In this document: one piece after another, positions 25,512-38,563 of the stretch
Layout: each line of letters starts with the position of its first letter
How positions within the stretch are numbered: position 1 is the stretch's first letter
NCBI RefSeq assembly: GCF_036971445.1
Contig: NC_091471.1
Span: 202,430,001-202,494,000, forward strand
Direction: 5' to 3'
Length of the DNA stretch: 64,000 nucleotides
Origin: Narcine bancroftii
Lineage: Eukaryota
Program-made: the position numbers and the translations under genes
Notes under the pieces: model-generated
Told to the model about the DNA's origin: nothing
The model's database searches: none
Seen by the model: only the letters and a program-made list of their open reading frames with translations

Positions 25512-25805
25512 TGTGGTGGTACACCACTGGCCTACTGCAAGGGGCAACCTCTGTACCTGCAGAAGAGCATGGGGACAAGACAACACCTGGCCGGCTGTCA
25601 ATCAGCCAACCTGAATAGACCAAGCCCCACCCAGTCAGATGTCAATCACCCTCCGGGATATAAGCCTGAGCCAGCCCTTCGAAGACACTCTCAGAGTTTA
25701 CAGCAGCTCTCCTCACAGCTGGCTTTGTGGAAGTTTATGTCAAATAAAGCCTGCTGTACAATCTTTTAGTTTTGTGTGTTTGATTCGGACCGACAGTGCA
25801 CCACA
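25512..25805 (+). mobile_element. Solo LTR (294 bp) with 5-bp TSD
   Basis: tgtggtg...caccaca termini, TATA-like gatataag, AATAAA; TSD tgaac at 25507-25511 and 25806-25810. Confidence 0.92.
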
Positions 25806-25872
25806 TGAACATCTTAGGAATAAATACAATTTATCAAATAAGACATTGCTTTGCTACCTTCAGATATTTCTT

Positions 25873-28599
25873 TTTTTTATTTTTTTTTAAATTTTTCACA
25901 CTATGAACGATATTAACCAAAATACACACAAACATTTCTCTCTTGAATATACAGTGTCATTTTCTCCCTTTTTCCACCTCCCTTCCCTCCCTCCTTCCCA
26001 CCCCCTCCCTACCCACTAAACGTTCAACATATACAATACAATAAACCCATTAAACAATGTCATCACACAATGAAAATAAACAAGAAAATTGTGTCATCTA
26101 CTTTTATAGACTGGGTCAGTTCATTTCGTCTTCTTCTCATTCTGTCATTTTAGGTGGTGGAGGTCCGTGGTAGGACTTCTCTGTTGTGTTCCATGTACGG
26201 TTCCCAAATTTGTTCGAATACTGTGATGTTATTTCTTAAATTATATGTTATTTTTTTCCAATGGAATACATTTATTCATTTCTATGTACCATTGCTGTAC
26301 TCTCAGGCTCTCTTCTGATTTCCAGGTTGACATTATACATTTTTTTGCTAAGGCTATCATAATAAATATTTTTTGAGCTTCATCCAAATCAAGGCCTAGT
26401 TCTTTACTTCTTATATTACTTAGAAGAAAGATCTCTGGATTTTTTGGTATGTTGCTTTTTGTGATTTTATTTAATACCTGATTTATATCTTCCCAAAACT
26501 TTTCCACTTTCTCACATGCCCAAATTGCATGTACTGTTGTTCCCGTTTCCTTCTTAAAGCAAAAACATCTATCTGATAATGTTGGGTCCCATTTATTTAA
26601 CTTTTTTGGCCTGGTATATAGCCTGTGTAACCAATCATATTGTATCATGTGTAACCTCGTGTTTATTGTATTTCTCATAGTTCTGGAGCATAGCTTTTCC
26701 CATTTTTCATTTTTTATCTTTATGTTTAGATCTTGTTCCCACTTTTGTTTGGGTTTACAGCTTATTTCATCATTCTCTTTCTCTTGCAGCTTGATGTATT
26801 ACAGTAAATCCAAAGACGGGGTAAGATCCACTGACACCAGCATCGTACAGACCAATATCTCTACTTAACTCAGATTATATGATAATAGCTAAACTATTAG
26901 CAAACAGATTGGCTGACTGTGTACCAAAAAAAGTAAAATGAGATCAAACTGGATTTATTAAGAAAAGACGAACAACAGACAATATCTGTAGTTTCATTAA
27001 CTTAATCCATGCAGTACAAGGAAATAAGAAGCCAACAGTGGCCGTTGCTTTAGATGCAGAGAAAGCCTTTGACAAGGTAGAATGGAATTATTTATTCAAA
27101 GTACTACAGAGGTTCAACCTACCAGACAAATATATTAATTGAATTAAAGCATTATATAATGGACCATTGGCGAAGGTGACAATAAATGGATATATATCGA
27201 ACCAATTTAAATTAAGCAGGTCAACTAGGCAGGGATGTCCACTACCTCCCTCACTGTTCGCTTTAGCTATAGAACCTTTGGCAGAACTGATAAGAGCAGA
27301 AAATAAAATAAAAGGGATAAAAATAAAAGAGAAGGAATATAAAATCAGTCTATTTGCAGATGACATCATAGCATACTTAACAGAACCAGAATTATCAATA
27401 AAAGAATTACATAAGAAATTGAAGGAATATGGAGAAGTATCGAGGTACAAGATCAACGCAAATAAAAGTGAAGCGATGCCAATGGATAATGCGGATTTCA
27501 CAAAGTTTAAGAAAGAATCACCATTTAAATGGCAAACACAAGCAATCCGATACGTAGGTATTCGACTAGATAATAATCTAGGCCATCTATACAAATTAAA
27601 TTATCAGCCATTAATGAAGAAATTGCAAGATGACTTAGAACATTGGAAAGATTTACCACTAACACTGATAGGAAGGTTAATTTGCTTTAAAATGAATATC
27701 TTCCCAAGGATACAATACCTATTTCAATTGTTACCATTTCCCTTAACAGAGAAATTCTTCAATGAGCTGAAGAAAATAATAAGGAAATTCTTATGGAAAG
27801 GGGGGAAACTGAGGATAGCGCTAGATAAATTAACAGAATGGTACAAATAAGGGGGCTTACAGCTACCAAACTTTAAGAATTATTATAGAGCATCACAATT
27901 AAGATACCTATCAGACTTTTATCAAGCAAGGGAAAAACCAGATTGGACCAGATTAGAGCTAGATAAAATAGGGAAGAAGGTACCAGAACATATACTTTAT
28001 AAGTGGGATGAAAAGCTGGTGCAACATAGAAGTTCACCAGTACTGCACCATCTGCTCAACATTTGGAAGAAGATTCACGTAGAAAGGAAAAAAACAAATT
28101 ACCAACTACCAAAATTATTATTGACGCAAAATCAATTGATCCCTATCACAATAGATAACCTTTCCTTTAGAGAATGGGAGAGAAAAGGGATCAAAAGAAT
28201 AGAAAATTGTTTTTTTGGAAATAATTTATTATCTTTTGAACAAATTAAGTACAAATATGGTATAACTCACAGTCTTCTTTTTTTCTTTGGCTTGGCTTTG
28301 CGGACGAAGATTTATGGAGGGGGTAAATGTCCACGTCAGCTGCAGGCTCGTTTGTGGCTGACAAGTCCGATGCGGGACAGGCAGACACGGTTGCAGCGGT
28401 TGCAGGGGAAAATTGGATGGTTGGGGTTGGGTGTTGGGTTTTTCCTCCTTTGTCTTTTGTCAGTGAGGTTTGCATACCACCAACTGAAAACCTACTTGAA
28501 GGACAAATTGGGAAGCAGGCTAAGGTTACCAGAAGGAAGCAGCTTTGAATATGTGATTACAGACACAATGATAATTAAAAGATTTATAACAAACATGTA
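25873..28599 (-). mobile_element. Younger L1/Tx1-clade LINE with 5' inversion (3' part minus 25873-26798; inverted RT part plus 26798-28599)
   Basis: Poly-T start; minus ORF 26241..26678 is the C-terminal zinc domain; plus ORF 27167..27850 has TRQGCPL.P.LFALAIEPLA...LFADD. 15-bp TSD cttcagatatttctt at 25858-25872 and 28600-28614. Confidence 0.93.
28273..28468 (-). mobile_element. RTE 3'-end fragment nested in the younger L1
   Basis: Reverse complement of ~11297-11482. No TSD seen. Confidence 0.92.
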
Positions 28600-29709
28600 C
28601 TTCAGATATTTCTTGAGGGACAAATTAAGCCCATTGATGACCTGACTGATGTGCAATGACATGGAGACCCTGATTCAAAAAAGGAAACACAAAAATTCAT
28701 TTTGGCAATGTATTTCCTGCTCCAAATGGAAAGTCAAAAACCAGGCCTCCATAAATTGAGGCAAAAGTGGGAGTTGGATTTAGGAATAACAATTAACGAG
28801 CAGTGCTGGTCAGACCTGTGTCGGATCAGCATGACAGCAATTATAAATACAACATATAGGCTGGTAGAATACTATTCCCTTCACCAGTTATATTTGACGC
28901 CGCAGAAATTGAACAAGGCTACGCTAGAAATTTCAGACCAATGCTTTGGGTGCCACATAACGATGGGAACCTTTATGCATGCGACCTGGACATGCACCAA
29001 GGTGAAGCCTTTTGGGTAGATCTAGGCCAAGACCTGAAAAGGATTATGGGAGAAGAGTTCCCACAGGTTCCTGCTGGGGAAAATGCTGGATGTAAGACTT
29101 ACGATGAAGCTGTCCCAATTTCAAAAACAATTCATAATGATTGCATTGGAAGTGGCCAAGAAGTGCATAGCGGTTACTTGGAAATCCAATTCCATCTAGA
29201 TATTGCACATTGGAACGAGAAAATGCAGAGCTGTGTTCCCCTGGAGAAAATTACCTATAATCTGAGGAACAAAATGTAGTAGATTCCTTAAAATTAGGTG
29301 ACCATATTTAAATTACATTGGAGTACAGGTATAGTGTGGGCCCATGTGCCTCCACCTATCTACCCTTCCATTGGGTGGCACTAAGGAGGTTGTTCCATCC
29401 TACCACATGTGACAGCCCGGGCGCCGGCTGCTGAGATGAGTCAAATCATCAAACATTATTTATTGGTTAATTTCTTTTCCATTTTCTCCTTTGTTCCTGT
29501 TATTCTGGGTGTGATGTGCAAATGTGGATGTCCAAAAGCGTCTTGATGTGTGTCTGCCCTGAAACAGATTAGTATATATAGAAAGAGCCCTGGAGCTAAG
29601 AAGCCTCTTGAAAGGAATAAGGGGCAGGGAAGATTCCCTTACCAATACGTGAGGCATGAGTGTGAGTGTGAAGTGTGCAGGGCTGAGGGGTGGTGGGGGA
29701 GGTGGGAAA

Positions 29710-30713
29710 TGTGATGGAATATTTGGGAATTTTTTGGGAGATAAATTGGTAAAATTAGAGTAGGTTACATACACACACTTTAAAACATCTTATTTGAAAT
29801 ACTGAATAATTCATATTCAGTGACTTTACAGAAACTATGGAGAATGTTGTGCACATTTCATAAGGTGCTAATTGAAATTATGTCATGAAATGAATAGACC
29901 ATTGTCTTGAAGGAGTCAGGGGGTCTGTGTTGAACATTTTTACAAGACTTCTGACCTTTCTGCAAAGTCCTCACTCAAAGGTTACCTAAAACAACAGATG
30001 GGAGCAGAAGATTAACTCCTATTGTTTGCTGGAGAAGGAGGGGGTTTTGCAAGTGAGAGAGAGAGAGAAGGACGAGTGGCTGGGAGATGGAATCTCAGAG
30101 AGAGGGACAGAGAGTCAGCGCTGAAACAAGCAGGAGAAGCTTGTTGGAACTGAAACAGAAGGTCCAGAGTGGCAGATGGCTGGAAGTGCCATCTGTCTGA
30201 TGTTTCTCTTGGAACAGATTTTTTTGAGTAGCCTGAAAGAAAGAGGTTACCATCTGGAGAACGCTGATGGGGCAAGTTTCATCAGCAAGACATTGAGGTG
30301 ACTAATGGTGGTACCTCAGTTGTGGAAATCTTGGAACAACAACTCTCTCTCTGCAAACCCACAGGAACCTTCCTGAGCAGTAAACATTTACCTTTTGAGC
30401 ACCAAAGCCTGGTGAACTTTATACATGTTAAATTCTGTGCACAGTATAAGAACTGCCTGCATCCAGTGAACGTGGAAGAATGAGAAATGAGATTGAACTG
30501 TAAACCAAAGAACTTTTCTTTAATTTACACACACTTAGAATTAGAAGGGGGTTAAGGGGGTTAAGTTGGGTTAGTTAAGTTAATAGTAATAAGTTAAAGT
30601 TTGATCCTGTTTTCATGTTTAAAGATAATTAAAAGCAACTTCTGTTTAAGTAATTATTTGTCTTGGTGAATTTCTGTTGCTGCTGGGTTTTGAGGTCCTT
30701 TGAGGTCGCAACA
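29710..30713 (+). mobile_element. Solo LTR (~1 kb) with 5-bp TSD in the L1 3' UTR
   Basis: TGT...ACA ends, ATTAAA at ~30629; TSD ggaaa at 29705-29709 and 30714-30718. The L1 3' UTR resumes afterwards. Confidence 0.75.
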
Positions 30714-32489
30714 GGAAAAATGACTTGAACTCGGCAGTTGATATTGTACATGTCTATAATGATATTTGTAAATATTTGAATATGGAAACTGGTTTTGAAA
30801 AATTATAAATGAAATATTCAAAAAAAAGGAATTGCAGGTGATTTTCCAATATCAGCTCCATGAGGCAAGAAGAAAGTGATTAAGTGATTCAATTACAGAA
30901 TATTGGATATGTTGAAATATGAGCTAAGTCGAAAATGGTAGCAAAACTCAGCAGGTTAGGCAGCACAGCTGAAAAGATAATATAAATTAATGGCAACTTG
31001 CTGTCCATTCATCTGATTGTTTGATCTTTCGTCAAACTTGTGGCTTGTGAGTGAACAGCTGACAATACACCAGAAAACTATATACAATTCCCAGCGCCAA
31101 ACACCCAGTACTGTAGAAGCAGAATTGTGATCACATTTAAAATTATGAAGTATCTTACAACTCCACGACTCTATTGCATTTGTAGATCTACAAATCGGAG
31201 TGGATATCTTGGCATCAGACAAGACAATAACAGCTGTACTTTAGTAATTAATTATTTTAACATTTTCTGAGCTTGTCACCAATCACTATATTAATGCAAG
31301 TTTATTCTTTCTTTGAGTTTTCTGCTTCTTTACCAATTTGATTTTTAACAGGTGGCAGCCCTTGCCATTTGGAATTTACATTTACTTGTCATCACAATAT
31401 AATAATAAAGAAATTATATTTCCCATTGCCACAGAAAGGTTACTTTTTTTGAGGATTTATATCATAGAAAAGGAAATAAGGAAGGGGGTTCTTACGTTGC
31501 TTTGAGACAATTCAGTTCTGCAGAAGGCAGGTCAAGAAGAGAGTTTGGACAAAAATAGTATATTCTGTTATCAGGATTTTCATGATCTTGTATACATTAT
31601 GTGTTGGATAATTGCACAGAGGAAACTGTTTTGTTTTGGACAGCCTACAGTGATCATCAGCATAATTGTCATTGGAAAATGAGAGCTTTTAATCAAGCAA
31701 TTATCATAATAGATGAGAGAACTGCAACAAAACTCAGCATTCCAATAAATATTTGCATAGTTGAGGCCGGGAAAAAATCCAATGCGTTTTGCTGCTGATA
31801 AAGTTAAGACAATGTCCAGCATGTCTGGAATACTATAGTGGCCATGGGAATACTTACTGTGACATACTGAGAAAAACAAAAAACTCTGATAAAGATAAGA
31901 TATGCAAAGTATAATAAACAAAAAGCCCAATTACATTCTGTAAATTATTTAAACTAACCAAAGCAGTCCTCTAGTTCTTCAAACCATCTCAGACTGAACA
32001 TCACTCCAAAACTGTCTTAGATAAGATAAACTTCTGCTTCATTGTCAATGTAAAAGGATAGTCGAATGCTTTCCACTAATTTGTGATGCTACTGTAATTA
32101 TTCCTTGAAATTCATCAAGCGATGTATTATCTGAGACAACAGAGCAGCATCCTGTTATACAAAACCATTGCTATCTTCTGGATTTCCTGTTTAAGTCAAA
32201 ACAGTGTTCATTTTTATGTTGTTATCAAATAACAATTAATTTCTCCCTCAGCAACTATTTAACTGGCATTTCTTGGTTTATGCTATTGCTGGGATTACTT
32301 GCACAAAGTCATTAAACATCCAGAGTGTGATAAAGATGACTGTTTCTTTCAAACTTTCCTTTTTTTAATATAAAAGTACAGATTCATAAAGTCAGGAATT
32401 ATGCAAAATCACCTAGATTCATTATGTAGCAATAAATTTGAAACACATGGATTTGATGATCATTTTAGACAAAACTTTGATTAAACCAA

Positions 32490-32892
32490 TGTAGTGTTCA
32501 TGTTACGTGGGCGTGGAGAAGAATGACGCTCACACCAAAGCCTTGAAATCAAGACTGGTTTATTGCACTGGCCGTCACGTTTATACGGGCCTCAGGCACT
32601 GATGTCATCAGAGCACCGGCCTGGAATTGGCCAGCATTCGCGCCACAGTTCATTGTCTTCCCGCCGTGTGGGAGGTCATCTGGTACAACAGCCAGTGTCA
32701 TCCCTAGGTTTGCGCAGTTGCTGCGGTCGTCAAACATTTCGTGGGCCAGTCCGTGTCTCTGTGCGCGGGCCGCTACACAATATGCCCCCCCCCCCACAGA
32801 ATTGGCGATCAGACCAGTTCTGTTGACTTGGGTGGTCTGCCCTTGCGTCACATGGGGACGAGTGGAGAACGGCTGGTCGCGGTCCAGATATG
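32490..32892 (-). mobile_element. Gypsy 3' LTR (32490-32777) with polypurine tract and integrase C-terminal remnant
   Basis: tgtagtg...cgctaca termini, minus-strand AATAAA and TATAAA, G-run PPT at ~32785-32796, CpG-rich. Confidence 0.7.
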
Positions 32893-33566
32893 TTACATCA
32901 GAGAGGATGTGTTGGTTCATTCATTTTATCCTACAGACCGCAGCACTTGGTCTAGTTGGTTAGTGCTGGTACTGCCGAGTCTCCCTGAATGCTGAAAATT
33001 AAATTTCCCCATCCACATAACATTTTTGTTCTCTTCAGTGCTTCTTCCAGATAATGTTCAACATGAAGGAGCATTGACTCATCAGCTCAGGGGAGCGGGA
33101 AGTGGTAATCAGGCAGACATTTCCTTTCCTTTGTTTGACCTGTGACTTCAAAGAATCTAGTGACAGTAGAGTGTAACCATGAAGCTGTGTAACCATGCAG
33201 TGGTGAGAGATTCCTCTCTGCAACCTGAGTAATACTATGCTGCTACCTCAGGTGGATCTGTCCTACTGGAGGAACAGGTTGCAACCAGGGACTGTGGTGG
33301 ACCATTTAAGAATCACTAATCTATAATTTGTCTAGAGCCACATGAACCAACCTAGGTAAAAAAGGCAGTTTACCTCCTCTGAAGAGCATTAGTGAATCAG
33401 GTGGGCTTTTACAGATTTTTGAAAGTTTTTGTGGTCATCAATACAAATATTATACTGGACAACAACTTTTTTTCTAAAGGTTTGCTTCCTGAAATAAAAT
33501 TTAGGATTATGATAGACAACTTCAAGCTGAACAAAAAGATAATTTCAGGTTTTCTGTATCGCTCTG

Positions 33567-33795
33567 TGTGATAGTACAGTTTTTATCACCAATGTGTATA
33601 TGTACAGATGGTAGTGTAGGATGACTGTGATTGGCTGAGAGTGTAGCCACACCTACTGGCAGGTCTTAAAGGATTGCTCCTAGCCAGACCAGGTCATTCT
33701 GGACTGGTCGACCTGTTTGTGATACGCTCCAGTCTTTTAGTTAATAAAAGCCTTGGTTTGGATCAACGTCTTTGGTTCTTTTGACCCGCTCTACA
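33567..33795 (+). mobile_element. Solo Gypsy LTR related to the LTR at 14514
   Basis: tgtgata...gctctaca with shared gattggctgagag and aataaaagccttggtttggatcaac; TSD ctctg/ctttg. Confidence 0.9.
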
Positions 33796-34041
33796 CTTTG
33801 GAAGTTGGAGAAACATTAAATCAACTTTTATTGAATTTAGCATGTTTAATTTCATAATGATGCTGACACATAGTGTTAGTTCATCTGACATCAAAATGTT
33901 TTGCAGCTGATTTTAATTTGTACTCAGTATCTGATGCCTTTTGTGTCAGTGACCAACAGTAGTCGGGCAGCATTAATGAATTCCAGTTGCCCTGATACTG
34001 CTTTTCCATGGTCGCAATGTCCTGGTGAAACTTTTCACCAT

Positions 34042-37000
34042 TGATATGCTCTATCAATGATTCCAAAGCCGTAGAATGAGGAGCAATAGGCTTTATTATA
34101 CTTTAGACTTGTAGCTGGCCCGATTTGACTGAGGACAGGGTGAGGGAGGTTGACCTTTATTCCAGGGTCACAAGGGGAGGAGTTACCAGGGAGCGAGTCA
34201 TCAGTGGGGGACAGGCCAACTACCCATTGATAGTCATATATACATATACTTGTATCACCACATTCACCCCCTCTTTTAAACAAAACCCCACCGGGTTAAA
34301 AGTCCCAGAAGGTCAGCCAGTCGAGTGGTGTCCTTTGCCTCAGTGACCAGCGCAGTTCCACTGGTGGTTCAATGGTCGGCTCCATTGCCAGTTGTGCGTC
34401 TTGAGGCTGGGATGGAGGGCTGGCTCCGTAGGAGGTGGGGCTTGGCTATATGTTTGGGCTGTTGTGGTGGTCGGTGCAGCTGGAGCAGGGTGCGGGGGTA
34501 TGGCGTGGTGGGTGGGGGTGGGTCACTGATCTGCACAGAGTCCTTGACAGGGACAGTATGGGTTTAGGTAGGACCTGGGTTGAAGGGGTGGGGACTGTGC
34601 AGGGGTCTCTGCCATGCGCCAAGTCCCGGATGGGGACCATGTCCTCACGGCTGTCCGGGTACACCATGTAGGCATACTGAGGGTTGGTGTGCAGGAGTTG
34701 CATCTCTTCGACCAACAGGTCAGATTTATGACCCCTCATGTTTCCGCAGCAGGAAGGTTCCCGGGGATGAGAGCCAGTGTGGTAGTGTGTTTCCGGTCGC
34801 CAACGTCCTGGGGAAGGAAAACATGCGTTCGTGTGGGGTTGTGTTGGTAGCGGTGCATAATAAAAATCGATGGCATGGAGTGCTCCCGGCAGGATCTCCT
34901 GCCAATGGGAAACTACCAGGCCTTTGGATTTAAGAGACAGGAAGACAGCTTTCAAACTGTAGCGTTTTCTCTCTCTACCTGGCCATTCCCCCAGGAGTTG
35001 TAACTGGTCGTCCTACTAGTGGCAATGCCTCTAGCCAATTGGTACTGCCACAGTTCGTCACTCATAAAAGGGGTCCCCCGATCACTGTGGAAGTAATTCG
35101 GGTAAATATGCTGTGGAGCACCTTTATGACAGTGGATGAGGTCATGTTGGGACAGGTGATGGCAAAAGGGAACCTGGAGTACTCATCAATGATGTTCAGG
35201 AAGTATACATTCCTTTTGGACAAGGGCAGGGGTCCCTTGAAATCAATGCTGAGTCATTCAAAAGTGCATGTGGCCTTTATGAGGTGCGACCTGTTGGGCC
35301 GGAAGAACTGTGGTTTGCATTCCGCACAGACTGGACAGCGTCTGGTCAATGACCTGACATCCTCAATGGAGAAGGGAAGGTTCGATACTTTCATGAAATG
35401 GAACAATCTCATGACTCCAAAGTGGCAAAGAGTGTCACGGAGGGGCTGGAGGAGGCTGAATTGCATGCTGGCGCAAGTTCTCTGGGTAGGGCATTGGTGG
35501 GGGGGGGGGGGGCGGGGGGGAGATTGTGGGGGGATTGTTGAGCTTTCACAGCCGGTATAGGATATCATAGTTGTAGGTGGAAAGCACGATTCTCTATCTC
35601 AGGATTTTGTCAATTTTGATCTTACCCCACAATTTGGTATTGAACATGAACGCAATGGCTCATTGGTCCATTAGCAGGGTAAATCTCTTCCCAACCAAGT
35701 AATGACGCCAGTGGTGTACCGCCTCAACGATGCCCTGGGCCTCCTTTTCGACAGAGGAGTGCCGCATCTCAGGACCATGAAGGGTGTGGGAAAAGAAAGC
35801 TACTGGTCTGTCTGCCTGGTTGAGAGTATCGGCGAGCATGAAGTCAAAGGCATCGCTTTCCACCTGAAATGGGATGGATTCATCCACAGCATGCATAGTG
35901 GCTTTAGCAATGTATCCTTCAATCTGGGTGAAGGCTTCCAGGGCTTCTGCCGATAAGGGAAAGGTTATGGATCTTACCGGGTGTTAGCCCTTGGGCACTC
36001 CTTGAGCATAATAGTAGGAATCCCAGGAACCTTTTTAGCAGCTTGAGGTTGTGCGGGATCAGGAGTTCCATAAGGGGATGCATAAGGTTGGGGTCAGGGG
36101 CAATGACACCATTTGCCATCGGGGGCAATTACACCATGTGCCACGATGCATCCAAGGAGGGCCAGACAAGTTGTGTTAAAACCACACATGTCCTTGTTGT
36201 AGGTCAGATTGAGGGATTTAGCAGTGTGGAAGAATTTGGCGAGGTTTGCGTTCGTGGTCCTGCTGGTCATGGCCGCAGATGGTGACATTATCTAGAAAGG
36301 GGGATGTGGCTGTCAGTTTGTGTTTGTCACCATCCGATCCACTTTCCTCTTAAACACGGAGTCAGCACTGCTAACTCCGAAGGGTACCCGGAGGAAGTGG
36401 TAGAGCCTGCCATCCTCTTCAAATGCAGTATACTGGCAGTATCCTGGGTGTAGGGGTAGTTGGTGGTATACCAACTTTAGGTCAATGTTAGAGAACACCC
36501 TGTACTGGGCCATCTTGTTGACCATGTTGGCAATCCAAGGAAAGGGATATACATCCAGCTCCCTGAACCACTTGATCGTTTGGCTGTAGTCAATCACTAT
36601 ATGGGGTTTACTTCTGCCTCTGACCACCACGACTTCGGCTCTCCACGGGCTGGAGCTGGGCGCTATGACCCCCTCTGCCAGGAGTCGCTGCACCTCGGAT
36701 TTTATGAATGCCTTGTCCTCAGCACTGCAGCATCTGCTCTTAGTCACTGTAGACTTACAGTCCAGGGTCAGGTTCTCAAACAATGATGGTGGGGGTATGC
36801 AGAGGGTAGAGAGACTGCAGGAGGTGGCTGGCTGTGGGGGGGGGGGGGTCCATGAGTGGGGTTTGTACACAGTGATGAGCAGTGTGGCCCCCCCAAACAC
36901 CATCGTGACATTTCTGAACTGGCTTTGGAAATTCAGCCCCAGAAGGATCGGTGTGCAGATCTGAGGCATTAACAGTAAATAGAAATTGCCATAATGTTTA

Positions 37001-38474
37001 CCACACTCTACAAATGATGCAATACAATAACCGCAGATCTCGGCAGATTTGTCCTTTGTGGCCATTGATATCGTTCCGCTAATTGGTCTGACGGGGAGAG
37101 AGAGTTTGTGAGCAGTGTTCGGGTCGATGAAGCTTTCAGAGCTTCCACTGCCAAACAGGCAGTTAATTTGTTTCCCATTTACCTCAATCTCCATCATCAA
37201 GTGGGTGATCAGGTGAGGGCTGCCCTGATCCAAGATGATGGAGCTAGTACCAAGTCGCCATTGCTGTTGGTGTGGGAGCCGGTTTGGTAAGATGGTGACC
37301 CCCATGTTGACCACGCAGTCTCACCAGGAGAAGTGGATGAAGATGGCAGAAGTGACATCATCCACGATGGCGGAAGTGGAGTTGGGTAAGATGGTAACCC
37401 CTGGGTCACATACGAGTGGAGTCAGGTTCGTAGGCCGACTCCCAGAGGTGCAGGCAGCGCTGCTCGACAGGGGAGGCTTCAACTTACATCCTCTCTTGTA
37501 GTGTCCTTTCTTCCCACATCCCGAGCAAGTGGCTTATCTCGCCTGGCAGCATTGCCAGGGGTTCTTCTGCTGGCCACAGAAGTACCACTTCGGGTGCTCA
37601 GCTGTGGCAGTGGCAGCAGCGGCAGTGGGTCAGGACCCTGTACAGAGGCGGTCTGAAACTCTGTGTCCCAAAATGGCTGCACCTGCGGCCCACACATGGA
37701 GGTCCTGTTGCCGGCAGCGATGGATTCAGTGTGATGGTGGTCTGAATCTTAAGGCTTAGTGAGCTAGAGGGCTCTCTGAAACAGCAACCTGTCTTCCTCA
37801 GTAGTTACTGGCAGATGTAATTGGACCTTACCCTAGCAACGCATGCGTCCCAGATCAGCTCTTCCACATACCGGTCTGCCGATTCTGGGGCTGGGATATT
37901 GCCCCTGTATTCTCACCCAAGACCATGCAAGGCTCAAAAGAAATAGTCCAGAGTCTCACTAGGTTGCTGTTTTCTTGAGGCCAGGAGATACCATGAGTAG
38001 ACTTCATTTACCCATGGTTTATAGAGGTTGCTGAGCTCAGTCATGGCTGTGGAGTAGGTTGTGCTCACAGTAACTTGTGTTTCTTCTCATCAGAGTCCAC
38101 GAGGTCCTCAGAAGTTTCCAGAAATTCTGTGAAGCACTCGATCCACTGCTCGTACAGCTCTGGGGCTCTGGGCGTCTGCAGGTTGAGGTCTAGTCTGTCG
38201 GGTCACAGCAGTTTGTCCATCCCATGTGGAAAAGTTAAAGTATAATAAATTGATAGGCTCTATCAATGATGAAAGTCATAGAGTGAGGAATAATAGGTTT
38301 TATTGCACCTTAGACATAGCTGGCCCAATTCCATGTGTTCGAACAAGAACAGGGAGAGGGAGGTCAACCTTTATTCCAGAGTCACAAGGGGAAGAGTTAC
38401 CAGGGAGCAGGTCACCAGTGGGTGATGGGCCAGCTAACCATTGACAGTCACATATATATACTTGTTTCACCACA
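34042..38474 (-). mobile_element. Full-length but decayed Gypsy LTR retrotransposon (LTRs 38251-38474 and 34042-34262; gag-PR-RT-RH-IN)
   Basis: gag ATG at 38220; PR LFGSGSSESFID; RT IAPSSSPWRA...IDYSQTI...YPFP...IDL...YHQ...VPFG; RH VESDA...RPVAFFS..L...SSVEKEA; IN HH-CC zinc finger. PPT aaaagagggggtgaa; TSD accat/gccat. Multiple stops and frameshifts. Confidence 0.93.
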
Positions 38475-38563
38475 GCCATGTTCATCACTGACTGCACCAA
38501 GATCAGCAGGGAAGAAGTCCAAGTGCGAATGCAGAAAATGAATTTTAAATGACAAGTTGCACT

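Larger units (their letters stand above)
23233..30827 (+). mobile_element. Old L1/Tx1-clade LINE (ORF2 EN-RT-C-terminus, 3' UTR, poly-A) hosting nested insertions
   Basis: L.DVWR..HP.ERDYSFYS...LSDHSP (EN); ISLLNADYKIL.KA.ANRL...SLDAEKAFDRLEW (RT); QCFGC...GTFMHATWTC (zinc). A-tail 30820-30827. Decayed TSD gaattgtaggt 23220-23230 / gaattgcaggt 30829-30839. Confidence 0.88.

Noticed and set aside
34446-38220. Active or domesticated gag-pol gene
   Set aside because: Multiple stops and frameshifts, the protease catalytic Asp is lost (LFGSG), and the LTRs have diverged.
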